From contig JAWOFX010000176.1 in NCBI GenBank assembly GCA_046497275.1, positions 1,822 through 33,821 on the forward strand: a stretch of DNA of 32,000 nucleotides, given 5' to 3'. Position numbers and translations under genes: made by a program. Position 1 is the stretch's first letter; every line of letters starts with the position of its first letter. The notes beneath the pieces are model-generated. The model ran no database searches. It was given only the letters and a program-made list of their open reading frames with translations, and was not told where the DNA came from. This DNA is from Promethearchaeia archaeon. Lineage in GTDB: Archaea > Asgardarchaeota > Lokiarchaeia > Sigyniarchaeales > SOKP01. Below are positions 19,036-28,173 of the stretch, one piece after another.

Positions 19036-19226
19036 AATTAAATAAATATGTAATTTAATAAAAATTTTAATTATTTAAAGAGGTAATAGTTTAAATATAG
19101 TGTGTTAAAATTTTGAATAAATGAATTTTCAGAATATTCTTATTATTAATCCTTGCTTAAATTTAAATAGCTTTTAAGCAAACTTATAATCTAATAAATA
19201 AAAAAAAATATAGATTCATAAATAAA

Positions 19227-19637
19227 ATGTTGAATATTATAATAGCAATTTTACAAATATTGCTTGCCTTAGGATTTATTGGCTTTTGGATTTTTTTCTT
19301 CGTAGTTGAGAATAGAAATCCTGAAAATACTGAAATTTACTTAGCTTTCGAACGCTCATTCCCGGTACCTGACTTAGGATGGATTACACCATGCTTATTT
19401 GTAGCTGCTATAGGATTAATTTTAGATGAAACTTTTGGAATTTTTTTTACCATTATTGCAGGCAGCGCATTGATATTTTTAGGTTTATTGGACATATCCT
19501 TTAATATCCAAAATGGAGGATATAAAAAATCCCCTTCTGAAACAATCATGAACTTGTTTATTAATCTTATATGTGTAATATTGGGGCCAGTTTTTCTTTG
19601 GTATGCATGGAGCATTATTTCTACCATAAAAATATGA
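19227..19637 (+). CDS. Small membrane protein (about 4 TM), function unknown
   Basis: 136 aa, mostly hydrophobic, with a polar loop YLAFERSFPVPDLGW. Confidence 0.75.
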   Translation: MLNIIIAILQILLALGFIGFWIFFFVVENRNPENTEIYLAFERSFPVPDLGWITPCLFVAAIGLILDETFGIFFTIIAGSALIFLGLLDISFNIQNGGYKKSPSETIMNLFINLICVILGPVFLWYAWSIISTIKI

Positions 19638-20512
19638 ATAGAAGTGAGATTATGACTAAGAAAAAATTATTAAAAAAGCAACCGTTCAAAGATAAAAGTG
19701 CAATTATATGCGGAGCTAGTGAGGGTTTGGGCTTAGCTACAGCAAAAGAGTTTGTGAAATTAGGAGGAAGTGTATGTATTAATGCTCGAAGAGAAGAGAA
19801 GTTGAATAGTGCTAAATCGGAATTAGAAACCTTAATATCAGATGAATCTCAATACATTGAATCAATCTCATGTGATGCCACAGAGATGATAAAATTAAAA
19901 CCATTAATCGAGGAGTTCATAAAAAAAAGAGGAGTTCCAGATTATTTAATAAATGTAGTAGGTATGGCAATGCCTGAGTATATCGAGAATTTATCACTTG
20001 AGGATTTTAAAAAACAAATGGATGTAAATTATTATGGTCAAGTTGTTCCAACCTTAATTTTACTCCCACATTTTATAGAAAGAAGAAAAGGTCATATTTC
20101 GTTCGTTTCTTCTGCTGGGGCTTTTCTTGGTCTCATTGGATATGCCGCATATACTCCAACAAAAGCAGCACTCTTAGGATTTGCTGAAGTTTTAAAAAAT
20201 GAACTATCACCCTACAAAATAGATATTTCTGTTATATTACCCGGTGATATGGACACAGAAGGTTTTAAAAGAGAGAATGAATCAAAACCAGAAGAAAATA
20301 AAATAATTTCAGAAAAAAGTAAACTGATGCCACCAGAAGAAGTTGCTGAATCTTTTGTAGAAGGAATCCTGGATAAAGATTTTTATATCACTCCCGGAGA
20401 TGTGGGTTTTTTGTTTTGGGCAAAAAGGCACCTCCCCAAATTGGTTTTTAATATCCTTGATAAAGATCTTAAGAAAGCCAGAAAAAAATTAGGAAAAAAC
20501 ACAGATTATTAA
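19634..20512 (+). CDS. SDR of the 3-ketodihydrosphingosine reductase (KDSR/Tsc10)-like group
   Basis: GASEGLG, VNYYG, FVSS.GA.LGLIGYAAYTPTKAA and PGDMDTEGFKRENESKPEE..IISE. The track start at 19571 overlaps the upstream gene by 67 nt. ATG 19634 (ATGA overlap with the upstream stop) or ATG 19652 is more plausible. Confidence 0.8.
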   Translation: MNRSEIMTKKKLLKKQPFKDKSAIICGASEGLGLATAKEFVKLGGSVCINARREEKLNSAKSELETLISDESQYIESISCDATEMIKLKPLIEEFIKKRGVPDYLINVVGMAMPEYIENLSLEDFKKQMDVNYYGQVVPTLILLPHFIERRKGHISFVSSAGAFLGLIGYAAYTPTKAALLGFAEVLKNELSPYKIDISVILPGDMDTEGFKRENESKPEENKIISEKSKLMPPEEVAESFVEGILDKDFYITPGDVGFLFWAKRHLPKLVFNILDKDLKKARKKLGKNTDY

Positions 20513-20564
20513 TTTTTTTTTATTTTATTTAAGAATCTTATTACATTTTAACTAAAAGATAAGA

Positions 20565-20948
20565 TTAATCTCCTTTTTTCACTACACCCGAGAATTCAGA
20601 GAACTGTTTAAATATTTTGGGGTCTTTTCCTTCAATTTTCGCAAAAACATTTACAGCTGACGCCGCTTTTGGCTTATCACTTGTACTTGCGGGAGTTTTT
20701 CCAAAAAATATACAGAAACCGCTTCCACTCATCCAATAACCAACATCTCCAACTTCACATTCTAATTGTGAGTTTTCTGCATCAATCTCAACAGGAATAG
20801 GCCCATATAATTCTTCACCCCATCTTGAGAGGTTAATTTCAAAGGGTAAGAAATCCCAAATAACTTTGCAAGTTTTCGGATTTTTTTCTTTCAATAATAT
20901 TGCTTTAATTTCTCCAATCTCTTCATTTTCAATTATTATATATTCCAT
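20565..20948 (-). CDS. Cyclophilin-like fold protein (DUF369-type, archaeal)
   Basis: RWGEELY..IPV, EVGDVGYW..G..FCIFFGKTPAS....PKAASAVNVFAKI. Confidence 0.8.
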   Translation of the reverse strand: MEYIIIENEEIGEIKAILLKEKNPKTCKVIWDFLPFEINLSRWGEELYGPIPVEIDAENSQLECEVGDVGYWMSGSGFCIFFGKTPASTSDKPKAASAVNVFAKIEGKDPKIFKQFSEFSGVVKKGD

Positions 20949-21077
20949 TTCTAAAAACTCTCTATTTATTTGAGAAAATTTAATAAACCCAACTAAATAA
21001 GGATTATTTTTTTAAAATATTAAAAGATTTAAATTCAAGAAACTCTAAATTATGATATATTGAATAAACCAAAATTA

Positions 21078-21084
21078 GAGGTGA
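21078..21084 (+). promoter_or_regulatory. Shine-Dalgarno GAGGTGA
   Basis: Lies 5 nt before the in-frame TTG at 21090, suggesting this is the true start of the small membrane protein. Confidence 0.6.
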
Positions 21085-21089
21085 AAAAT

Positions 21090-21479
21090 TTGGATAAAGA
21101 GACCTATTATGTATATTTGTTTAAGATTGGTGGGATATTTAACTGGATTATGGCTTTATCATTTTTGATTTTGAGTCTTATTTTACCAAATGTTTTTGAA
21201 TTATTTGGATCATCACAGCCACCGACATTGTTTTTTTTACATTCATTATTAGGATTAATTTTTGTATATGGAATTGGATATTTTATTGTAGGTATGGATA
21301 TCAATAAAAATCGGGGATGCGTTTGGTTAGGAATATTAAGTAAGCTGACATTTTTTAGTTTTTGTGTGATATATTTCGCAGTAGGAGATTTAACATTCAT
21401 AATAGTTTTATTGGGAACCTTGGATTTCATATTTGCATGTCTATTTATTGAGTTTTTAGTCAATTATAAGCAAAAATGA
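21090..21479 (+). CDS. Small membrane protein (about 4 TM), function unknown
   Basis: Hydrophobic ORF (track start 21060). Start moved to TTG 21090 because of the SD site. Confidence 0.72.
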   Translation: MDKETYYVYLFKIGGIFNWIMALSFLILSLILPNVFELFGSSQPPTLFFLHSLLGLIFVYGIGYFIVGMDINKNRGCVWLGILSKLTFFSFCVIYFAVGDLTFIIVLLGTLDFIFACLFIEFLVNYKQK

Positions 21480-21574
21480 GCATTTGAAAACCAATATGAA
21501 GATTTATTACTTATTTTTTTTTATTTCTTTTAATCAGATAAGCTTACTTAATTCATTATTAAAGGATATAACAT

Positions 21575-23605
21575 ATGAATGAAAATCAAAATTCAAAGAA
21601 CCATTCAGAGTTTCCATTTAGAGATGAAAACTTTAGTGTTGAAGAGAGAATCGAAGATTTATTGAAGAGATTAACTATAAAGGAAAAATTTAAATTATTA
21701 ACTGGACGCCATCAATGGGAAACAAAACCTATTAAGAGATTAGGAATTGAACCTTTTTTAATGACTGATGGACCACATGGAGTAGCACCCCATAGTTCTG
21801 GAGGGAGGGAATGTACATATTTTCCAGTAGGGATCTGCAGAGCCGCTACTTGGAATCCAAGCCTTTCTTTTGAATTTGGAAAAGCCTTAGCCGAAGAAGT
21901 TAGAGAAATCGGTGCTCATATGATTTTAGGTCCAGGAGTAAATATTGACAGAACACCGCTTTGTGGTCGAACATTTGAATATCAAACAGAGGATCCTTAT
22001 CTAAATAAAAAATTAGCATTACCAGTTATAAAAGGAGTTCAGGGTGAAAGAATTGCAGCATGTGTTAAACATTACATTTGCAATAATCAAGAAAAGAATA
22101 GATATACATACAGTGCAGTCGTTAGTCAAAGAGCATTGGAGGAAATTTATTTCCCTGCATTTAAAGCGGCTGTGAAGGAAGCAGATGTTTGGTCTGTTAT
22201 GGGATCATATAACAAAATAAATGGGATTTATGGATGTGCTCATGAAGAATTAATTAAAAGAAATCTTATGGAAAAATGGGGATTTAGAGGGTTTGTTGTA
22301 AGCGATTGGAATGCAACACACAATATAGAAAATGTTGAGGATTGTGTTAAAGCTGGATTATCCTTAGAAATGCCTCGAGCAAAGATATATAAACGCCGAT
22401 ATTTAGAAGAGGCTTTTTCTAAAGGACTTTTTGAAGAAAGAGATTTAGATGAAGATATAAAGCGTCTCTTAAGAGTAATGTTCTTGGTGGGAATATTTGA
22501 CAAAAAAGAAAGTTTACCATTAGGATGTAGAAATACTGCTGAACATAAAAATATCTCTAGAAAAATTGCCGAAGAGGGGATTGTTCTTCTTAAAAATGAG
22601 GGGGGATTACTTCCTTTAGATGCAAATAAAATTAAGACAATTTCAATAAAGGGATCTAATGCAGATAGAGAATTTGCAAAGGGCGGTGGGAGTTCTGCCG
22701 TAAAACCTCCTTATGAAATCACCCCATTTGAAGGCATAAGACAGAAAATAGCTAGAAATATTAAAGTAATTGACGATGAATCTCAAGCTGATGTAGTAGT
22801 ATTAGTACTTGGACTCAATCATGAAGAGAATAATGATATTGAGAATTGGGACAGAAATTCTCTTGAATTACCTCAAAATCAATTAAACTTAATCGATCAA
22901 GTTGCTAAACAAAATGAGAAGATTATTATAGTATTAATTAATGGTAGTCCAATTACAATGGATAATTGGATTGATAAAGTAGACGCAATAATAGAAGCAT
23001 GGTATCCCGGCCAGGAAGGCGGGAAAGTAATCGCAGATATAATTTTTGGAGATGTCAATCCTTCTGGAAAATTACCGCTCACTTTTCCTAAAAGGCTAGA
23101 GGATTCTCCTGCTCATATTTCTGAGAAAAGATATCCAAGCAATAAAAAGGTTATCTATGATGAGGGTATTTTTGTGGGTTATCGTTACTTTGATAAATAT
23201 AGTATTGAACCATTATTTCCATTTGGTTTTGGTTTATCTTATACTTCTTTTAAATATACAAATCTCAATATTAGTAAAAATCAAATTAAAGATACTGAGG
23301 AATTAGAAATCTCTCTCGAAATAGAAAATATTGGTGATAAATCGGGGGCAGAAATCATTCAATTATATATCCAAGAGATAAATCCTAAAGTGGAACGTCC
23401 TCTAAAAGAGCTAAAAAGATTTAAAAAAGTGTTTTTAACTTCAAGGAATAATAAAGAAATAAATTTTGGAATAAATAAGGATGATTTAGCATATTTCGAT
23501 GAGGAGTTGAATTCTTGGAATACAAATGAAGGAAAATACAATATTTTAATAGGAAGTTCTTCTCGTGATATAAAACTGCAAAAATCGTTTGAATATAAAA
23601 AATAA
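21575..23605 (+). CDS. Glycoside hydrolase family 3 beta-glucosidase/xylosidase with C-terminal Fn3-like domain, no signal peptide
   Basis: TDGPHG, LGPGVNI.R.PL.GRTFEY..EDP, KHY, nucleophile motif FVVSDW, VLLKN, EAWYPGQEGG, SGKLPLTFP, Y.EGIFVGYRYFD and FPFGFGLSYT. Confidence 0.93.
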   Translation: MNENQNSKNHSEFPFRDENFSVEERIEDLLKRLTIKEKFKLLTGRHQWETKPIKRLGIEPFLMTDGPHGVAPHSSGGRECTYFPVGICRAATWNPSLSFEFGKALAEEVREIGAHMILGPGVNIDRTPLCGRTFEYQTEDPYLNKKLALPVIKGVQGERIAACVKHYICNNQEKNRYTYSAVVSQRALEEIYFPAFKAAVKEADVWSVMGSYNKINGIYGCAHEELIKRNLMEKWGFRGFVVSDWNATHNIENVEDCVKAGLSLEMPRAKIYKRRYLEEAFSKGLFEERDLDEDIKRLLRVMFLVGIFDKKESLPLGCRNTAEHKNISRKIAEEGIVLLKNEGGLLPLDANKIKTISIKGSNADREFAKGGGSSAVKPPYEITPFEGIRQKIARNIKVIDDESQADVVVLVLGLNHEENNDIENWDRNSLELPQNQLNLIDQVAKQNEKIIIVLINGSPITMDNWIDKVDAIIEAWYPGQEGGKVIADIIFGDVNPSGKLPLTFPKRLEDSPAHISEKRYPSNKKVIYDEGIFVGYRYFDKYSIEPLFPFGFGLSYTSFKYTNLNISKNQIKDTEELEISLEIENIGDKSGAEIIQLYIQEINPKVERPLKELKRFKKVFLTSRNNKEINFGINKDDLAYFDEELNSWNTNEGKYNILIGSSSRDIKLQKSFEYKK

Positions 23606-23628
23606 ATGAATTAAAAAGGATTTATCAA

Positions 23629-24513
23629 TTAGTCTTGATTTTTTTTATCATAAATCTCTTTTTTGGATTCTTCAATATTAATGAGTAATTTTCCTACTAA
23701 GCGGTGACTAAAGATTTGCAAGAAAGAAATAATCCACCACCATCTAGGAACGAAGATTTCCCTTTTATACTTTCGAGATGCTTTTAGAACTCTTTCCGCG
23801 ATATCTTTAGGTTCTATAAGTTTGTAAAGTCCACCTTTTTCCTCGTAAGCTTGAACCCATTCTCTTAAAGCAGGGTCCGAATCCCAGAATCTAGATTTCG
23901 TGGGAGCTGGACAAACAGTAATTACTTCTATTCCTTGATCAGCCATACGATATTCTCTTCTTAATGAATCTGCTAATCCTACAATCGCAAACTTACTTGC
24001 GCAATAAGCACCCATATTTGGAACACCCGTTTTTCCTCCAGAGCTGGAAGTAAAAATTAATTGACCTTCTCTTCGATTGGGATTTTCTTTAGTTGGGGTG
24101 GGATGTCCTATATATGGAAGTGCTGCTTGAAGGACTAACCACATTCCATCGACATTTATTGACATTATCTTTCTATATTCTTCAAATGTTCCTCCATTCG
24201 TGATTGAAACCATTTTACCAATTCCAGCATTATTATGAATTATATCTATATATTTTTCCTTTTTCCCAATGGATTTTATTACACTTTTCACTTCTTCTTG
24301 ATTCGTAACATCCATTTCCATTATATCGACACTCTCTGCTCCCAGCTCATCTAATTCTTTTTTTAAACTACTTAAATCTGCTCCAGGAATATCTAAAAGA
24401 TACATTCGCATCCCTAAGGGCGCAAATACTCGACAAACTTCTGAACCTATATCTCCTCCCGCGCCGGTTATTACAAATACTTTTCCTTTATACCAATTCT
24501 TTTTATGTCCCAT
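23629..24513 (-). CDS. Classical SDR oxidoreductase
   Basis: TGAGGDIG, HNNAG, FTSS, YCASKFA and VCPAPT. Confidence 0.9.
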   Translation of the reverse strand: MGHKKNWYKGKVFVITGAGGDIGSEVCRVFAPLGMRMYLLDIPGADLSSLKKELDELGAESVDIMEMDVTNQEEVKSVIKSIGKKEKYIDIIHNNAGIGKMVSITNGGTFEEYRKIMSINVDGMWLVLQAALPYIGHPTPTKENPNRREGQLIFTSSSGGKTGVPNMGAYCASKFAIVGLADSLRREYRMADQGIEVITVCPAPTKSRFWDSDPALREWVQAYEEKGGLYKLIEPKDIAERVLKASRKYKREIFVPRWWWIISFLQIFSHRLVGKLLINIEESKKEIYDKKNQD

Positions 24514-24520
24514 AATTTTT

Positions 24521-24527
24521 TCACCTC
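24521..24527 (-). promoter_or_regulatory. Shine-Dalgarno GAGGTGA
   Basis: TCACCTC on plus, 7 nt upstream of the SDR ATG at 24513. Confidence 0.65.
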
Positions 24528-24620
24528 TATTTTAATATAATCAATTTTTCTATGACAAGCGATAATTTAAATTTATTTTTCAAACTAATAATAATTTTAT
24601 TCAATTAGCAGAATTTATAA

Positions 24621-25445
24621 TTGATAAGGATGATCATCGAAAAAACAATCGAAAAAATTACAGAAAAATTGGACGAAAGTAAAGTAACACCTCCAAAAGT
24701 ATCAAAAGTGGTGATTGGATTGGGTTATACTGGTGTTGAACTAAATTTTAGTGGTGTCCCCCCTCAATTAGGCGTGGCTTTTACCCTTCCAGAATTACTT
24801 CAAAATAAGGCTTGTTCAAAAATTAATTATGCGGGAAAATTAACTGAAAAAAAAGCTCAAGAATTATTAAATTGGGCTAAAAATGAGCCAAGTTTGGAAA
24901 AAGTTATTGGTATTGCGACTTTAAATGCTTTTTCTCAATATATTTTACAGAGCAAAACTTCTGAATATAAATTTTTAAATAAAGATCTAAGAAAATATCT
25001 AGGTCTGAATAATCATACGAGGGTCACCTTTATTGGATTAATAGAACCTATGATAAGACAATTTTCTAAAATAACTAAAAATATATTGATTATTGAAAAA
25101 AATTTGGAATTCTCGCAATTCTTTGAAAATTTTAAGCTCTTAAGAAGCATTGATAAGATTTCTCAAGATGATTTAGATACAGATATATTAATTTGTACAG
25201 GGACATCAATAATAAACGACACTTTAGAAAAAATTATAGATACATTTAGGAATAAGGCGAGTTTTATAGCTCTAATAGGTCCAACTGCAAGCATGATCCC
25301 TGATATCTTTTTTGAGTATGGTATAGATCTAATCGGTGGGATGAAATTTAAAAATTCAGAAGCGAGTTTTAGGGTTCTGCAAGAAGCTGGAGGCACAAAA
25401 TTCTTTAAAAAATATGCTATTAAATATAATCTTGTATCTGATTAA
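24621..25445 (+). CDS. DUF364-family Rossmann-like protein
   Basis: IGLGYTGV, IGIATLNA, VTFIGLI.PM, ICTGTSIINDTL, LIGPTAS and DLIGG. The start may be ATG 24630. Confidence 0.8.
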   Translation: MIRMIIEKTIEKITEKLDESKVTPPKVSKVVIGLGYTGVELNFSGVPPQLGVAFTLPELLQNKACSKINYAGKLTEKKAQELLNWAKNEPSLEKVIGIATLNAFSQYILQSKTSEYKFLNKDLRKYLGLNNHTRVTFIGLIEPMIRQFSKITKNILIIEKNLEFSQFFENFKLLRSIDKISQDDLDTDILICTGTSIINDTLEKIIDTFRNKASFIALIGPTASMIPDIFFEYGIDLIGGMKFKNSEASFRVLQEAGGTKFFKKYAIKYNLVSD

Positions 25446-25565
25446 CTAAGATTCGAATTTATGCTTCTAAAACTCAAACAATCTTTTGATAGTAATGAAA
25501 AAGTTTTTTTATAAAAGCATCTATTTCTAATGTAATTTAGAAAAAAGATATCCATATTTAAGATC

Positions 25566-27755
25566 ATGAAAACAAGAGGATCTATTAAAAAATTAAAAAT
25601 TTTACTACCATTCATCATATTATTCGTTATTCCATTGACCCTTAATGTTTTTGGAAGTTTTAAGACAGAAAATCACACATCAGTTTTTATTTCTCCAGAA
25701 AACTCAAATTTGTTTTCTTCTGATTCAGAAATGAATGGAAGCGAATATTTAATTATTACTCATGAGAATTTCTCTGATACTATAAAAATTTTAGCAGAAG
25801 ATAAGATTAAACACGGAATATCGACTAAAATTGTGAATTCATCTTCTATTTGCGAGAATCCCACTCCAGAGAATATTTCTGATTATATTCAGAATGCTTA
25901 TGATACCTGGAATCCGAAACCAAAATACATTTTATTAGTAGGAGATGTTGAATATATCCCAGCTCATACTGGTGCGGTATATGATGTAAGTACAGATCTA
26001 TATTATGCGACGGTTAACGGATCGGATTATTTTCCTGATTTATATGTCGGCAGATTTCCCGTTAAAACTAATGAAGAACTTGAAATAATTATTAATAAAA
26101 CGATAAATTATGAAGAGAATTATGATCCTTCAAAAGCTATGTTCTCAGATGTTCTTTTAGCAGCCTATGACCAATATGGAAGATATTATATAAACACTTC
26201 TGAATCAATTAGAGAATTTTTAGAAAATAATTCATATACAACCACTTGCGTTTATACAGGAGGGGATTACACGGGAACAACAGAAGATATTATTAATTGT
26301 ATAAATCAAGGGGCACTTTTGTTAAATCATAGGGATCATGGGGGAGTCAATGGGTGGAGTTATCCTTCATTTACAATCTCCGATATTGATGATCTCAATA
26401 ATAGTCACTTTCAACCCGTTATGTTTTCTATTAACTGTCTAAGCGGATCTTTTGATTATCCATCCGATTGTTTTGGAGAGGCTATTCTAAAGACAGAAAA
26501 TAAAGGAATAAGTGCTTTTATTGGAGCATCTACCGTGAGTTATAGTGGATACAATGATGAATTAAATAAAGGATTATTTGCTTCGATTTGGCCAGATTAT
26601 TATCCAAATTATTCCAATGGTAATGTCACTCGAACTACAGAATTAGGAGGAATTTTGAACTTTGGAAAAATGTTTATGTATGATAAATATTACCTCACGA
26701 ATGGAGAGGGTTATATATGGTCAGCATCAGAATCTACTACACGCTTACAATTTGAAATTATGAACCTTTTAGGAGATCCCGAGTTATCTGTAATAGATAA
26801 CAAAGCTCCCGAGATACATAATTTATCATTGAATTCAGATAATTTATTTTATGGTGAAACCCAAAAATTAAGTTTCAATGTGAGAGAGAAATTTGCATTG
26901 GACTCTATTAATATAACAATAGATAATGATAGCTATTTATTAACTAATCTCACAGAAGAATTTTATGAATTTAGCTTTCAGCCAAATAAAATAGGAAAAA
27001 TAATTTATAAAATTGAAATAAATGATACTTCGGGAAATACTGTTAATTTCACAGGTGATTTTATCGTAAATCCTCAACCAATGAATATAGAGACCTCTAA
27101 AACTCTGCTAAACATATTAGGCAACAGTTATTTTTTATTAGATATCAATTTAACGGGCTCCATCTCTGGATTACTTTCTGGACCAGCTAATATTTCTACG
27201 GATTGGTCTAAGGATTATAATGTCATAAATCATAATAATGGAACATTTACCCTTGATTTTTCTACTGCTGATCTTCCTGAAAGCGGAATAACAGAATCTT
27301 ATACAATAGAAATCTATGCTAATAAAACAAATTATATAAGTACATCAAAATCTTTAAAGATCTCAATCAATCCAATTCAAACATTAGTTAATTTAAATAT
27401 TTCTATTTTAAAGGTTTATATTAATCAAACTTTTAATCTTAAAGTAAATTTCACAGAGGAAGTATCCGGGCAACTGATATCTAATGCTAATTGTTCTGTA
27501 AATTGGCTAAAGAATGCTAATATCACCAGAGTGTCAAGTGGATTTATTATCTCATTTTCAACATTAGGACTTGAAAAAGGCAATTACACTGCTGTAATTA
27601 CTTTAGATAAACCAGGTTATGAAACATCTTTTAATAACATTAATATTATTATTGAGGAATCCCCTCCAAATCTAAGGATTGATTTGGTTTTTGTTCCGAC
27701 CATTCTGATTGGTGTTGCGGGGGTATCAATAGTGATAATTAAGAAACTTTATTAA
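25566..27755 (+). CDS. Surface-anchored C25-family (gingipain-like) cysteine peptidase with Ig-like stalk and C-terminal TM anchor
   Basis: Signal anchor, YLIIT, PKYILLVGD..YIP, TDLYYA...SDYFPDLYVGRFP, His in NHRDHGG..GW, Cys in FSINCLSGSFD, FIGAS..SYS and NLLGDP. Ends in TM plus KK. Confidence 0.85.
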   Translation: MKTRGSIKKLKILLPFIILFVIPLTLNVFGSFKTENHTSVFISPENSNLFSSDSEMNGSEYLIITHENFSDTIKILAEDKIKHGISTKIVNSSSICENPTPENISDYIQNAYDTWNPKPKYILLVGDVEYIPAHTGAVYDVSTDLYYATVNGSDYFPDLYVGRFPVKTNEELEIIINKTINYEENYDPSKAMFSDVLLAAYDQYGRYYINTSESIREFLENNSYTTTCVYTGGDYTGTTEDIINCINQGALLLNHRDHGGVNGWSYPSFTISDIDDLNNSHFQPVMFSINCLSGSFDYPSDCFGEAILKTENKGISAFIGASTVSYSGYNDELNKGLFASIWPDYYPNYSNGNVTRTTELGGILNFGKMFMYDKYYLTNGEGYIWSASESTTRLQFEIMNLLGDPELSVIDNKAPEIHNLSLNSDNLFYGETQKLSFNVREKFALDSINITIDNDSYLLTNLTEEFYEFSFQPNKIGKIIYKIEINDTSGNTVNFTGDFIVNPQPMNIETSKTLLNILGNSYFLLDINLTGSISGLLSGPANISTDWSKDYNVINHNNGTFTLDFSTADLPESGITESYTIEIYANKTNYISTSKSLKISINPIQTLVNLNISILKVYINQTFNLKVNFTEEVSGQLISNANCSVNWLKNANITRVSSGFIISFSTLGLEKGNYTAVITLDKPGYETSFNNINIIIEESPPNLRIDLVFVPTILIGVAGVSIVIIKKLY

Positions 27756-28173
27756 TGAAATTTAAAAATAAAAACACTCAATTTTCTTTTCAGGTTTTTT
27801 TTTCTGATCATTATAGAAGTATTATAGATTATCTAGTCCAATTCTCTGAACAAATATGAGTAGATTTTTACTCAGTTGTCAAAATAATTAAATTTTTATA
27901 ATTTTTTAAAAATAGATTTAAATATAAGAATAATCTTGTTTTTTTATGTTTATCACTTAGAGTTCTATAGCTTATACTGTTTATTTAGTATAAAATATAA
28001 GGAAAAACTAAGATAACGGGGAAAACGATACTAAGAATTAAAACAGAAATTAGTAATTTATAAATATAAAATTATGATACTAATGATTAGAGATTTTATG
28101 ATGTAAAATGGGGTTTTATTACGGAAGTAAAGACAAAAAAAATATAATTTATCTAAAAATAATTTAGCTAAAA

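Noticed and set aside
1117-23541. Short ORFs antisense to real genes (1117, 1820, 4329, 6810, 7323, 9929, 10580, 11667, 12925, 16068, 19337, 21107, 22240, 22897, 23082 region, 23359)
   Set aside because: All overlap well-supported genes on the opposite strand and have the Ser/Ile/Phe-rich composition typical of antisense frames.
25163-25396. Minus-strand 77-aa ORF
   Set aside because: Antisense shadow of the DUF364 gene.
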